Below are positions 27,329-36,685 of a stretch of DNA of 52,486 nucleotides, in pieces (positions within the stretch are counted from its first letter, which is position 1; each line of letters starts with the position of its first letter). Source of the DNA: a virus (taxonomy: Duplodnaviria; Caudoviricetes); the IMG/VR virus record IMGVR_UViG_3300002855_000002, positions 1-52,486 of that record; one strand, 5' to 3'. Position numbers and translations under genes: made by a program. The notes beneath the pieces were generated by a model, which had not been told where the DNA came from, searched no databases, and saw nothing but the letters and a program-made list of their open reading frames with translations.

Positions 27329-28120
27329 TTGAACGTTAATTTAATCGCACACACCGTTATGTCTCGCGACTTTATCGAAAAATCCGAAAATCCATTCGCA
27401 GAGCGTATTTTAACGGACGATGGTGTAATCAATCAACGAGCAGCCGTCGCATTAACCGCAATTCGTACGTGCTACTCACCGCTAAAACCTTCGGAAATCC
27501 TGCACGAAGAAGGCGGCAAATACTTCGGGAATGCCGCGACAGATGGTGGAAAAGGAACGGACGCGGACCGATTATTCCGTCAGATCGTCCGGTCGAAACA
27601 TACGTCCACGCTCGAACATATTACGTACACGTTTGCGGTTGAGGGCGTATCAAGAGCTTTGCTCTCGCAATTAACGCGTCACCGTCAGTTTTCGTTCAGC
27701 GTACAGTCGCAACGTTACGTCAAGTTCGGTAGCGTCGACAAGTCCGGAGGATTCGATTACGTGGCGCCACCACCGAGTTTGGAAGGAAAGAGAACGCCAG
27801 TCGATCAATACTCGTCACAAAGACCGATGTCTGCTACGGAACTTTACGAAGATTTTATGGTAGACGCACAGTATTATTACGACGCCTTACGATCAGCCGG
27901 TGTTCCTGCGGAAGATGCTCGTTACGTTCTACCGAATGCGACCACATGTAATCTCGTTACGACCGGCAACCTCCGCGCATTCCTCGAATTTTACGGTAAA
28001 AGACGGGCGGGCAACGGTGCGCAATGGGAAATCGCGGACTTAGCCGAGCGTTTCCGCGAAGAAATAACGAAAGTTGACGAATGGGTCGCGCCATTCTTCG
28101 TAAAGGAGGACGAACAATGA
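27329..28120 (+). CDS. thyX: FAD-dependent thymidylate synthase
   Basis: HTSTLEH, RHRQFSFSVQSQRY (RHRx7SxR), EDARYVLP, AQWEI. Confidence 0.93.
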   Translation: MNVNLIAHTVMSRDFIEKSENPFAERILTDDGVINQRAAVALTAIRTCYSPLKPSEILHEEGGKYFGNAATDGGKGTDADRLFRQIVRSKHTSTLEHITYTFAVEGVSRALLSQLTRHRQFSFSVQSQRYVKFGSVDKSGGFDYVAPPPSLEGKRTPVDQYSSQRPMSATELYEDFMVDAQYYYDALRSAGVPAEDARYVLPNATTCNLVTTGNLRAFLEFYGKRRAGNGAQWEIADLAERFREEITKVDEWVAPFFVKEDEQ

Positions 28121-28434
28121 CCGCATCAATCCACGATCAACTTTCCGAACTCCGACGCCAGCGCACCGAAATCTCCGACCGCATCGACGAATTAGAAGCC
28201 GAAGCCGCCCGTCAAGCTTCCGAAATACAGCCGGGCGATTACGTTAAGATTACGAGTTCCGGCACAGCGGAAGGCGAGTACGCACGTTATGCACGTAATA
28301 GCGGCTTCGAGTTCTTTCCGCATCGAGTCGAAGTCATCCCGTCAGGTATCGCAATCAACGTTATGTCCGTCGAGCCTACGTCCGCCCGCGATGTTGCCGA
28401 ATACTTACGTAAGGTAGCCGATTCATTAACGTAA
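28117..28434 (+). CDS. Hypothetical protein (coiled coil plus SH3-like)
   Basis: AGGAGG SD then ATG overlapping the thyX stop. Confidence 0.65.
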   Translation: MTASIHDQLSELRRQRTEISDRIDELEAEAARQASEIQPGDYVKITSSGTAEGEYARYARNSGFEFFPHRVEVIPSGIAINVMSVEPTSARDVAEYLRKVADSLT

Positions 28435-28493
28435 CTGCCGTTATTGTAACTACCGTTAATATTATCGATTGGGGCTTCGCGATATTACGGATC

Positions 28494-28916
28494 GTGGCGG
28501 CAATAAACGGATTCGTTCCGGAACAGTCGGGAATTAACGAAATAGTGACGACAGTTGACGAAGTGCAGGTGGAGTGGCGGCCGTTCGAAGCGACCGATGA
28601 CGAGCAATGGAGTAGTTTCATTGCGACCGCATACACAGCGGATTGCCACGGTTGTATCGGAATTACGAAAACAGGCGTCGACGTACAGAACACTACTCTA
28701 TACGAAGGTAAGACGGTCGTGGCGGTCGATCCCGACGTGATTCCGCTTGGCAGTACGGTCGAGGTACGGCTGGCTGACGGAACGATTATCGAAGGAACAG
28801 CGCAAGATACGGGTGGGAAAATCCGCGGCAACCGTATCGACGTATTACACGAATCGTACGACGAGGCCATCGAGTTTGGGCGGCAGGACGTAAGCGTTCG
28901 AGTCGTAAACGAGTAG
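28494..28916 (+). CDS. 3D-domain (MltA-like) cell-wall protein; start may lie upstream
   Basis: ATAYT, VAVDPDVIPLGS, AQDTGGKIRGNRIDV. Confidence 0.85.
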   Translation: MAAINGFVPEQSGINEIVTTVDEVQVEWRPFEATDDEQWSSFIATAYTADCHGCIGITKTGVDVQNTTLYEGKTVVAVDPDVIPLGSTVEVRLADGTIIEGTAQDTGGKIRGNRIDVLHESYDEAIEFGRQDVSVRVVNE

Positions 28917-28986
28917 CCGTGGAGTTACGGATATTGACGGAAGGGACCGAATTGTAACGGAAAAATAACGATATGGAGGCGATTGT

Positions 28987-30120
28987 ATGAAGAAGTATTT
29001 ACGTTGTGTCAATGAAGTATATCCTATGGGGTCTATCAACTTAGGAGGGCGCTATGAGGTAGTGCGCGAAACGGAAACGTTTTATTACACGAAAAGTCAC
29101 GGAAATTTCACGAAAGAACCGGACAGTGACGGACTTAGTTACCGCACATGGTTCGTATTAGAAACGGAGGGCGACGAATCTGTGGAAAATATTACGGAGA
29201 TTGACGGTGTGAAGTATCGCGAGGTTAAGCGTAAGGCCGCGGTTGGTGAGAAAGTCAAGGTTATAAACGCGAGTGAAGCGTTAGGGTTTAGTGAAGGCGA
29301 CGTGTTTATCGTAGAGGACGTAGAGTGGAGGTTTCCTGCTGCGGGGTTAAGTGATGGCGCTAACGTTCTTGACGATGCCTACGTAGTCCTCGAACCTGTC
29401 GTTGATATTGCCGCGGATGATGTCGACCTAATCATACTCCAACGTGAACTCAACGGACTTAAACGTAAGCAAGCGGAATTAACGAAGCAAGTAGACGGAT
29501 TGGCGGACGCATTCGCCAAACTCGTAACGAAGCAGCAGGCGGCAAAGATCGTAGTTAGCCCGCAAGCACGACGTAAAACGGAGCAGGAGCGACGTGACGA
29601 GATCGTGGCGGAGGCGAAGCTTGACGTGGCGGGGTTGGAGCGAACTTCACGCGTATTGAGCGTACCAACGCTTAGAGGCGGTAAGATGTCGTTCTATCCT
29701 CACGGTAATAGTAACGGAAACTCGGCTTGTGACGGAGTTAAGTATGTTGTAAACCGCAATAAACGTACGGTCGTGGTGCTGATACACTGGTTGGACAGAG
29801 AGGAAACGGTATGGGCGCGTGGTATCGCAAAAGCCGCGCCAGGCGACTGTTTCAACGTTCATATCGGAAAGGCGATCGCACTCCGTCGAGCGTTAGGACT
29901 CGAAGTGCCGACCGAATACGTTAACGCACCGCAGCCGACGGAGCCGCGCGTGGGTGACGTTGTTATAGGCAAGGACGACGCCTTCATTCCGGGATTAATT
30001 GGCACGGTGAGCCGGTTAGAGGGTGATGTATACGGAGGACTTCGATATAGCAACCGCGATATTTACGATTACCCAAGATGTCTCCGAATCATCGACGACA
30101 GCCGGGAGGTGTCCGAATAA
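28987..30120 (+). CDS. Modular hypothetical protein sharing units with 16780-18189
   Basis: YREVKRKAAVGE...YVVLEPV; GIAKAAPGDCFNVHIGKAIALRRA. Confidence 0.75.
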   Translation: MKKYLRCVNEVYPMGSINLGGRYEVVRETETFYYTKSHGNFTKEPDSDGLSYRTWFVLETEGDESVENITEIDGVKYREVKRKAAVGEKVKVINASEALGFSEGDVFIVEDVEWRFPAAGLSDGANVLDDAYVVLEPVVDIAADDVDLIILQRELNGLKRKQAELTKQVDGLADAFAKLVTKQQAAKIVVSPQARRKTEQERRDEIVAEAKLDVAGLERTSRVLSVPTLRGGKMSFYPHGNSNGNSACDGVKYVVNRNKRTVVVLIHWLDREETVWARGIAKAAPGDCFNVHIGKAIALRRALGLEVPTEYVNAPQPTEPRVGDVVIGKDDAFIPGLIGTVSRLEGDVYGGLRYSNRDIYDYPRCLRIIDDSREVSE

Positions 30121-30686
30121 TGCCGCTACGTCCGATAGCTATCACCGGAAAGCTTCGTTCGGGCAAGGATTCAGCCGCGGCATATCTCGTTGACCGCTAC
30201 GGATACACGCGGTTCGCGTTTGGCGACGAATTGAAGCGGCTGGCGCACGAAATATTCGACGTACCGATGGAGCCGAAGCCGCGCGACTTGTATCAGTGGT
30301 TCGGACAGACGATGCGGCAGCGCGATCCGGACGTATGGGTGCGGAAGTGTTTCGAGCGAATTTCGTATATGTACCGCGTGGCAGAACGTAATAACGGCAC
30401 CCTCGCGAAATCACTACCGGTGCTTTCCGACGTACGCCAGCCGAACGAATTTACCCGATGCCGCTCGGAAGGCTACGTCATTATCCGAATCGTCCGACCG
30501 GAATTCGACCGGTTAGCTGCGGCAACAGCGACCGACACGTTTAGTCCGGACGACCTTCGGCATGATACGGAAAGCCACGTCGACGGGTTCTCGGTCGATT
30601 ACGAAATAGTTAACGACGGCACGCTGGACGAATTGTATCGGAAGATTGACTTTGTGATGACGAAGATTAACGGAGGTGTTCAATGA
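30120..30686 (+). CDS. Deoxynucleoside monophosphate kinase
   Basis: ITGKLRSGKDS P-loop, FGDELK, SDVRQPNE, HDTES, NDGTL. Confidence 0.85.
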   Translation: MPLRPIAITGKLRSGKDSAAAYLVDRYGYTRFAFGDELKRLAHEIFDVPMEPKPRDLYQWFGQTMRQRDPDVWVRKCFERISYMYRVAERNNGTLAKSLPVLSDVRQPNEFTRCRSEGYVIIRIVRPEFDRLAAATATDTFSPDDLRHDTESHVDGFSVDYEIVNDGTLDELYRKIDFVMTKINGGVQ

Positions 30687-31198
30687 ATACAGACGTAATG
30701 TTCTCGTCTAAAACGGATTTATGGCCGACACCGCAATCTTTTTTCGACGAATTGAACGCGGAATTTAATTTTACGTTAGATCCGTGCGCAACACAGGACA
30801 ATGCAAAATGCGCGAAGTATTACACGAAGGATGACGACGGGTTGGCGCATGATTGGTCGCGTGACATAGTTTTTATGAATCTGCCCTACGGAGATCCTGA
30901 GATTCCGTGTAGATCAAACTGCGCAAAGAAACGGTGCCATGAGCGCGGATATCATATCAACGAATACATTCCCGGTATTGCTGACTTCATACGTAAGGCA
31001 CATGAAGAATCGCAAAAAGGCGCGACCGTAGTTTGCCTTGTTCCGGCAAGAACGGACACACGGTGGTTCCACGACTATGTGTACGGAAAGGCGGACGAGA
31101 TCCGCTTCATAAAAGGACGCTTAAAATTCGGAGAGGCCACGAACTCGGCACCGTTTCCGTCAATGGTCGTTGTGTATCGCGGAGTTAATACGAAATAG
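30683..31198 (+). CDS. Phage N6-adenine DNA methyltransferase (Dam-phage type); catalytic motif reads NLPY
   Basis: WPTPQ, LDPCA, DGL, PARTDTRWF, IRFIKGRLKF, APFPS. Confidence 0.85.
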   Translation: MNTDVMFSSKTDLWPTPQSFFDELNAEFNFTLDPCATQDNAKCAKYYTKDDDGLAHDWSRDIVFMNLPYGDPEIPCRSNCAKKRCHERGYHINEYIPGIADFIRKAHEESQKGATVVCLVPARTDTRWFHDYVYGKADEIRFIKGRLKFGEATNSAPFPSMVVVYRGVNTK

Positions 31199-31207
31199 GC
31201 AATCGTA

Positions 31208-31555
31208 TTAATTCGAATCACTAGCGGCAATAAACACAAGCCATCCGTCCTGTTCCGCAACATACTCGTAACGTCGCGGCTCCGTAACTAGCCGCGTCTT
31301 GGCGAAGAATCTCCGCGCAGATATGTAACCACGCTTGTCCACGACAGCAGCCGTAGGGTCCCCGTCCGATGCCGCACGTTTAACGGCAATGGCGCGGGCG
31401 GCCGGATCGTAACCGAGCGCGATGCGGCTTCCGTGCCGGAGTTGGAACAATGCGATAATGTCCGCGGACAGGCGGATGCGGCCGTGCGAGTCCGTAGAGA
31501 GAAATGCGGAAACGAGCGGTACAGTTTCGATATTAAAACGGGCTTGTTCGGTCAA
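31208..31555 (-). CDS. AbrB/MraZ-like DNA-binding protein
   Basis: Two D(S/K)xG(R/Y)I units; TTG start with SD. Confidence 0.55.
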   Translation of the reverse strand: MTEQARFNIETVPLVSAFLSTDSHGRIRLSADIIALFQLRHGSRIALGYDPAARAIAVKRAASDGDPTAAVVDKRGYISARRFFAKTRLVTEPRRYEYVAEQDGWLVFIAASDSN

Positions 31556-31636
31556 TTGCGAGTCACTCCGATCTTATTACGATTTTATAACGATATTATA
31601 ACGTAATTTTCATATAACGGAAAGGTGGCGTTAATT

Positions 31637-32992
31637 ATCGAGAAGTTTACGTATATTGAGTTGTTTGCGGGCATTGGCGGCTTCCGGCAGGCGCTCGACG
31701 AATTAGGCGGTCGCTGCGTATTTGCGTCCGAAATCGATAAGTTCGCGGCACAGTCGTACAAAGCGATATATGGCGATGCTGGCGAGTTGCATGGAGACAT
31801 TACGAAGATTGCTGCGGACGATATACCGGATCATGACGTATTAGTGGGCGGGTTCCCTTGCCAGGCGTTCAGTGTCGCGGGTCAACGTAGAGGATTCGAA
31901 GATACGCGGGGTACGTTGTTCTTCGAAATTGCACGGATTGCCTCCACCAAGCGTCCGAAGCTTTTGCTTTTAGAAAACGTTAAAGGCTTGTTATCGCACG
32001 ATGGCGGAAACACGTTCGAAGTAATGTGTCGTACGCTTAACGAAATCGGTTACGCTATCGATTTCCGCGTTCTTAATTCGAAGTATTTCGGAGTACCGCA
32101 GAATCGCGAACGTATCTTTATCGTTGCCGACCGTGACGCAGTTCATGAGCCTTGGAATATCGGTAAAGTTATCGACGTTGTGACGAAATCCAAACGACGC
32201 GTAGCGGAGTTCGTTCGTTCGTTTGACTTCGATTGGCCTGCGGAAAATGCGGTGACGAAACGGTTACGTGACGTGTTGGAACCGGTCGTTGACGAGAGAT
32301 ATTATTTGAGCGAGGAAAAGACTGCGAAGTTGGTTTCGCAGCTTGGGGATCATCCAGTTGAGCAAGGAAGTACGGGGTTATCCTTTTTAGGACTGACTGA
32401 CGAAAAGGGGATGGACAACAACCGTAGGGTATATAGTGTCGAAGGACTTTCGCCTACACTTTTAACCTGTAGCGGAGGAGGAAAAGAACCTAAGATTGCA
32501 GAGCCACAAGAGTTTTCGGACGGCAGTGGTATTTCTTACTGCATTGACGCCAATTATTCAAAAGGTACTTCGCCTGGTGATATCGGTAAGGGGCGTAGGA
32601 CGCACGTTATTCAATCGGAAGAAGTCCGACCAGTATTAACGCCCGACCGCGTAGAGAAGCGTCAAATGGGTCGTAGATTTAAGGAAGATGGCGAAGAAGC
32701 GTTTACGTTAAATACGCAGGATAAGCATGGCGTGGCTATCGGCAAATATCCACGCTACCGTATCCGTAAGCTAACACCGCGCGAATGCTGGCGATTACAG
32801 GGATTTCCGGACGCTGCGTTCGATAAAGCGAAAGTTACCGGTGTGTCCGATAGTCAACTGTATAAACAGGCAGGCAACGCGGTGAGCGTGCCCGTAATCA
32901 GCGCATTAGGCAAGCAGCTCATCACGTTGTTAGATGAGCCTCTACGGATGATTACGAGAATCGACGAAAAATTAACGGAGGTGTCCGAATGA
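31637..32992 (+). CDS. DNA (cytosine-5) methyltransferase, probably multispecific; probable ATC start
   Basis: FAGIGG, GFPCQ, ENV, QNRERI, RLQGF, QAGN; long variable region with several TRD-like segments. Confidence 0.92.
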   Translation: MEKFTYIELFAGIGGFRQALDELGGRCVFASEIDKFAAQSYKAIYGDAGELHGDITKIAADDIPDHDVLVGGFPCQAFSVAGQRRGFEDTRGTLFFEIARIASTKRPKLLLLENVKGLLSHDGGNTFEVMCRTLNEIGYAIDFRVLNSKYFGVPQNRERIFIVADRDAVHEPWNIGKVIDVVTKSKRRVAEFVRSFDFDWPAENAVTKRLRDVLEPVVDERYYLSEEKTAKLVSQLGDHPVEQGSTGLSFLGLTDEKGMDNNRRVYSVEGLSPTLLTCSGGGKEPKIAEPQEFSDGSGISYCIDANYSKGTSPGDIGKGRRTHVIQSEEVRPVLTPDRVEKRQMGRRFKEDGEEAFTLNTQDKHGVAIGKYPRYRIRKLTPRECWRLQGFPDAAFDKAKVTGVSDSQLYKQAGNAVSVPVISALGKQLITLLDEPLRMITRIDEKLTEVSE

Positions 32993-33363
32993 GAAACGAT
33001 AACAGTGCGCTAACCTATTCGCAAACTTACCGATTGTCGACGCCCGCTGGCGTTAAAGCGTTACTCCGCGACAGGCACCGGATTGCTGCGAGGCGATATA
33101 AGGGTGACACCGTGGCGTCCGACATTATCATCGATTTACACTCCGCGATTGAGTCCGCGGGCTTAACGGACAGGCAGGCGGAGGCGGTTGCGTGGGTATA
33201 TGGCGCGGATATTACGCAGGGTGCGGCCGCTAAGATAATGGGAATAACGAGGGAAGCCGTAAAGGACTTGACGTTCCAGGCCACGGTTAAAATATCGAGC
33301 GTTTATCGTAAATGGGAATACGACGAGGTAACAGTCGAAATTGACGGAGAGGTGGCGGTGTGA
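32989..33363 (+). CDS. Sigma region-4-like HTH protein
   Basis: LTDRQAEAV...TQGAAAKIMGITREAV. Confidence 0.7.
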   Translation: MRNDNSALTYSQTYRLSTPAGVKALLRDRHRIAARRYKGDTVASDIIIDLHSAIESAGLTDRQAEAVAWVYGADITQGAAAKIMGITREAVKDLTFQATVKISSVYRKWEYDEVTVEIDGEVAV

Positions 33364-33914
33364 TGACGAAAGAGGCGCTATACCGCATTGTTGACGAAAT
33401 ATTAACGAAGATTAAACGAGAATATCCGTCTACACACGTCTCGTACGAAGGCCGTGCATACAACGTTAAGAACCGCGCCAGCCGAATCGAATTAATACGA
33501 AAGGTTACGGATGACTATACGGCAGCGAACGGTAAGCGTCCGGATAATGACGTGCTGGAACGGTTGACGGACGCGGTGCTTAACGAGGAATTGTCCGATC
33601 CGCATCCGGACAAAGTTACGCGCGAGGAATATCCGTTCTTTTCCGAACATCAGCTCGAAGTCCGTGCCGCGCGCGAGCCGGTCGTCGAATCTTTCAGAAC
33701 GTCGGGTACTGACGGACGTGATTATCGATTGCCTACGCGACGCGCACGTACGGATTACGAATTATGGTTCGTAGATAAGAACGCCAAGAGCCGAAATTCC
33801 GCGCGTCGACGTCAGTATGCGAGGGATAAGGCGCCCGGAAAAGTATCGAGCGTAATGTCGGAACCGTTCGTGCAGGCCCGTTTGCAGGGCAAGAAATGGC
33901 GTAATTTTTCGTAA
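33360..33914 (+). CDS. Hypothetical phage protein
   Basis: Coupled ORF; PDKVTREEYPFFS. Confidence 0.7.
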   Translation: MMTKEALYRIVDEILTKIKREYPSTHVSYEGRAYNVKNRASRIELIRKVTDDYTAANGKRPDNDVLERLTDAVLNEELSDPHPDKVTREEYPFFSEHQLEVRAAREPVVESFRTSGTDGRDYRLPTRRARTDYELWFVDKNAKSRNSARRRQYARDKAPGKVSSVMSEPFVQARLQGKKWRNFS

Positions 33915-33955
33915 TATACTACCAAAGTATACCTAATAGTTACCTTATATTTGTG

Positions 33956-33994
33956 AAGACGTTTTTCTCTACGGAGGATGGCGTCTTTTTTTTT
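33956..33994 (+). terminator. Intrinsic terminator
   Basis: AAGACG...CGTCTT stem followed by a long T run. Confidence 0.7.
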
Positions 33995-34020
33995 ATTTTA
34001 ACGAAAAGGAGACGGTTACT

Positions 34021-34860
34021 ATTAACGAAACAAGTCGTAAAGTATCGAAGTTACTATCGAGTGAGCCGGTCGGAGAATTAACGCCAATGTCACGAAGACT
34101 AGCTAAAGACACGGCCGGTCGTGTGTACGAATACCAATCGTTAGAGCAGGCGGAGGCGAGGCGTCGATTTCGTTTCTACAACAAGGATAAACGGACGTTT
34201 TCGTTCAGTCATATGCAGAATATACGTGAGATCACACGTAACTTATCGAATAAATATTGCGGCTACATTCTGCTTTTACAGCCGTACATTGCTTTTAAGT
34301 CGGGCGTACTCATTAAGCCAGGCCGCACGATGCAGCCGTTAACACTCCGAGAGATAGCGGATATTTGGGAAGTATCCGACCGTACCGCAAAAACGGTTAT
34401 ATCCGAGTTGGAACGTAGGTCTATTATATTTACGGACGGTAGCGGTGATTATTCGTTAAACGAGCGTTACCATTTCCGCAAAAAGGGATCGTCCGAAGTT
34501 GACGCTTTAATTAAGACGTATTCGACCGCGCTGCATTCGTTCAAGTTAACGGCAGCCGATATGGGCTTCGTATATAAACTGCTACCACACGTTCACTACG
34601 AAACGAATCTTATCTGCGCTGACCCATTCGTAGCATCCGAAAACGTCGTATTTCTAACGGATAAAGAGATAGGCGGAATCGTCGGCTTATCAGAAACGAA
34701 AACGAAAGAAGCGCTCGGTCGACTCCGTAAAGCTCGTATTATTGCGGAATGGGCGGACGTTGACGACAAGAGACGTAAGTTTACCGTGCTGAATCCGTAT
34801 GTATTTTACCGCAGAAACGATAAGCCTGACGGATTGCTACGGGCTATATTTCGGGACTAA
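34021..34860 (+). CDS. RepL-like winged-helix replication protein (ATT 34021 or ATG 34087 start)
   Basis: Two wHTH repeats ending in YSLNERY and VLNPYVFY. Confidence 0.6.
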   Translation: MNETSRKVSKLLSSEPVGELTPMSRRLAKDTAGRVYEYQSLEQAEARRRFRFYNKDKRTFSFSHMQNIREITRNLSNKYCGYILLLQPYIAFKSGVLIKPGRTMQPLTLREIADIWEVSDRTAKTVISELERRSIIFTDGSGDYSLNERYHFRKKGSSEVDALIKTYSTALHSFKLTAADMGFVYKLLPHVHYETNLICADPFVASENVVFLTDKEIGGIVGLSETKTKEALGRLRKARIIAEWADVDDKRRKFTVLNPYVFYRRNDKPDGLLRAIFRD

Positions 34861-35050
34861 ACGTAAGAATTTCGGACACATTGACGTTAAAATATACACA
34901 CAGCTTCGATAATAGCTCGCGAGGGTAACGTTCCATTTCGTCGTTATACAATTGCCGTACGGATTCAAAGCGGTAATCTATTTCGCGGGCAACTTCACGG
35001 ATCGTAACTCCGCGCGCTTCGCATAGTTGGCGTAGGTTAGAGCGGATCAT
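34844..35050 (-). CDS. Cro/CI-type HTH regulator
   Basis: IRSNLRQL...TIREVAREI...LCVYFNVNVSEIL; GGAGG SD. Confidence 0.85.
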   Translation of the reverse strand: MIRSNLRQLCEARGVTIREVAREIDYRFESVRQLYNDEMERYPRELLSKLCVYFNVNVSEILTFSPEI

Positions 35051-35085
35051 GGTGGGCACCTCCAGTTTTTATACGAGTATATACC

Positions 35086-35182
35086 GACACGGAAAAAGTG
35101 TCAAATATTTATGCAGAAACTGTTGACACGAATAACGAGTCATGGTATATTTAATACATAAGAATGACACGGTAAACGAGTC
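35086..35182. promoter_or_regulatory. Three 17-bp operators GACACG-N5-(C/A)G(A/T)GTC over a SigA promoter
   Basis: Sites at 35086-35102, 35125-35141 and 35166-35182; TTGACA(35123)-17-TATATT(35146). Confidence 0.8.
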
Positions 35183-35203
35183 GATAAACGGGAGGATACA
35201 AAA

Positions 35204-35416
35204 ATGGAAATGAGCGCTAAAATTATAGGGATGTTAAACGAGGACACGAAAGCAAGAGCTTTACTTGAAACTTTTAACGCAAAGGCTCGCGAAAAGGGTT
35301 TGTCTAATGATGAATATGCTAAGGCGCGTGAAGTGGTGTTATTAATGGCAATGTATCAAAATAAAGAAGTTATGGCAGAGATGGCAAACGAAATTTGGGA
35401 AGCGGTAAATAACTAA
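35204..35416 (+). CDS. Small hypothetical protein in its own transcription unit
   Basis: GGGAGG SD then ATG; own promoter and terminator. Confidence 0.7.
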   Translation: MEMSAKIIGMLNEDTKARALLETFNAKAREKGLSNDEYAKAREVVLLMAMYQNKEVMAEMANEIWEAVNN

Positions 35417-35417
35417 T

Positions 35418-35447
35418 AAAGAAAGGGCCTTCGGGCCTTTTTCTTTT
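35418..35447. terminator. Intrinsic terminator
   Basis: AAAGGGCC-TTCG-GGCCTTTT. Confidence 0.8.
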
Positions 35448-35487
35448 ATTAACGTTATAGGCGGAACCTATCAAGGCATATCGTAAA

Positions 35488-35540
35488 ATAGGTACCCTTT
35501 TTTGCACGAAATAGGCTAGATAGGTACCCTTTTTTGCACG
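35488..35540. repeat. Two exact 21-bp direct repeats ATAGGTACCCTTTTTTGCACG, 32-bp period
   Basis: 35488-35508 and 35520-35540. Confidence 0.9.
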
Positions 35541-36685
35541 GAGCCTAATCGCTGATATCGCTTGCTGGGCGCGGGGTTTCAGCGTTTCTATCGGAAAAAT
35601 CACGAAATTATATCTTATCTTATAAAGAGATTACGAAAAGTGTACGGTCACGTTCGTTCTATCCGAAAGGCTGCGAATATTAACGTTATACTACCAAAAC
35701 ACTGTCACAGTTACGGTATATGTTGAGAAGCCAATCGGAGTATTCTGGTACATTACGAAGGGGCTTGCGGAATACTTCTCCGTTTGGTTACGAAAGGTAA
35801 TCGGTTGTATCCGAATGGAATCCGGTAGAGTACGAATCTAGCGCTATTAATCCGGATCAACTCCGCCAGTAAAAGATATCAGATAATCTATACTTCGTAT
35901 ATCTTATCTGAACGTTACTAAAAGAATAATTAATATAGTCCGGTCTAGCCGAAAGGCTGGGCCGGTATTTGTTTGGAATCGAAGATTCCTCGTACATTCC
36001 CGAACAGTCATTATGACTGAACGTGAATCAACGTTATAGTAACGAATGCCTAACGTTACTATCCGTAACCCTACGGTTATTATCGTAACCGAACCGTATG
36101 CAATCGGAACCTTACGATCATATTCGTAGCTATTATATGTAGCGATATTATTCGTACCATTCCGTAAGGTTCCGACGATAATACGACCGTATAAGCTCCG
36201 TAAGGTATCGGAGGTATATTCCGTAAGGGTAAACGCGTAGGAACCGTATAACGACCGATAACACCGAGTACAACCGTATATGTAGAGCAACGGTATGCTA
36301 ACGTATGTTACCGATATGATAACGACTATTATCGTATAACACTTGCTGGCGGCACGGACCGGACGCCCTCCGAAAACTCACGGGGTCATCCGTAGAGTAA
36401 CGTACGATTCCGCCTATTTCGTTTGCACTATTACGCATATTTACGGAAAGTGAGCGGATCGTGGCGGTAGGGTAACGGTGGAGATAACGTTGAGAATGGC
36501 GTAGTGGCGCGGGTTACGGGGGATTTCGGAGGGTATCGGAGATATGACCAAAACAAGACTTTTATTCATATGTAGGTCGCGTTAATGCGGTAAAGTGTCG
36601 ATCCCCCAACGGGTATGGCTGATTAGGGTTCGGTAACCGTTCGGAAGTTGCGTACAAAAATTTAATCTCGGGGAGGTCGTTTATC

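Noticed and set aside
35904-36290. 128-aa minus-strand ORF
   Set aside because: No SD; its low-complexity Y/R/T composition reflects the CCGTA-rich hairpin tract
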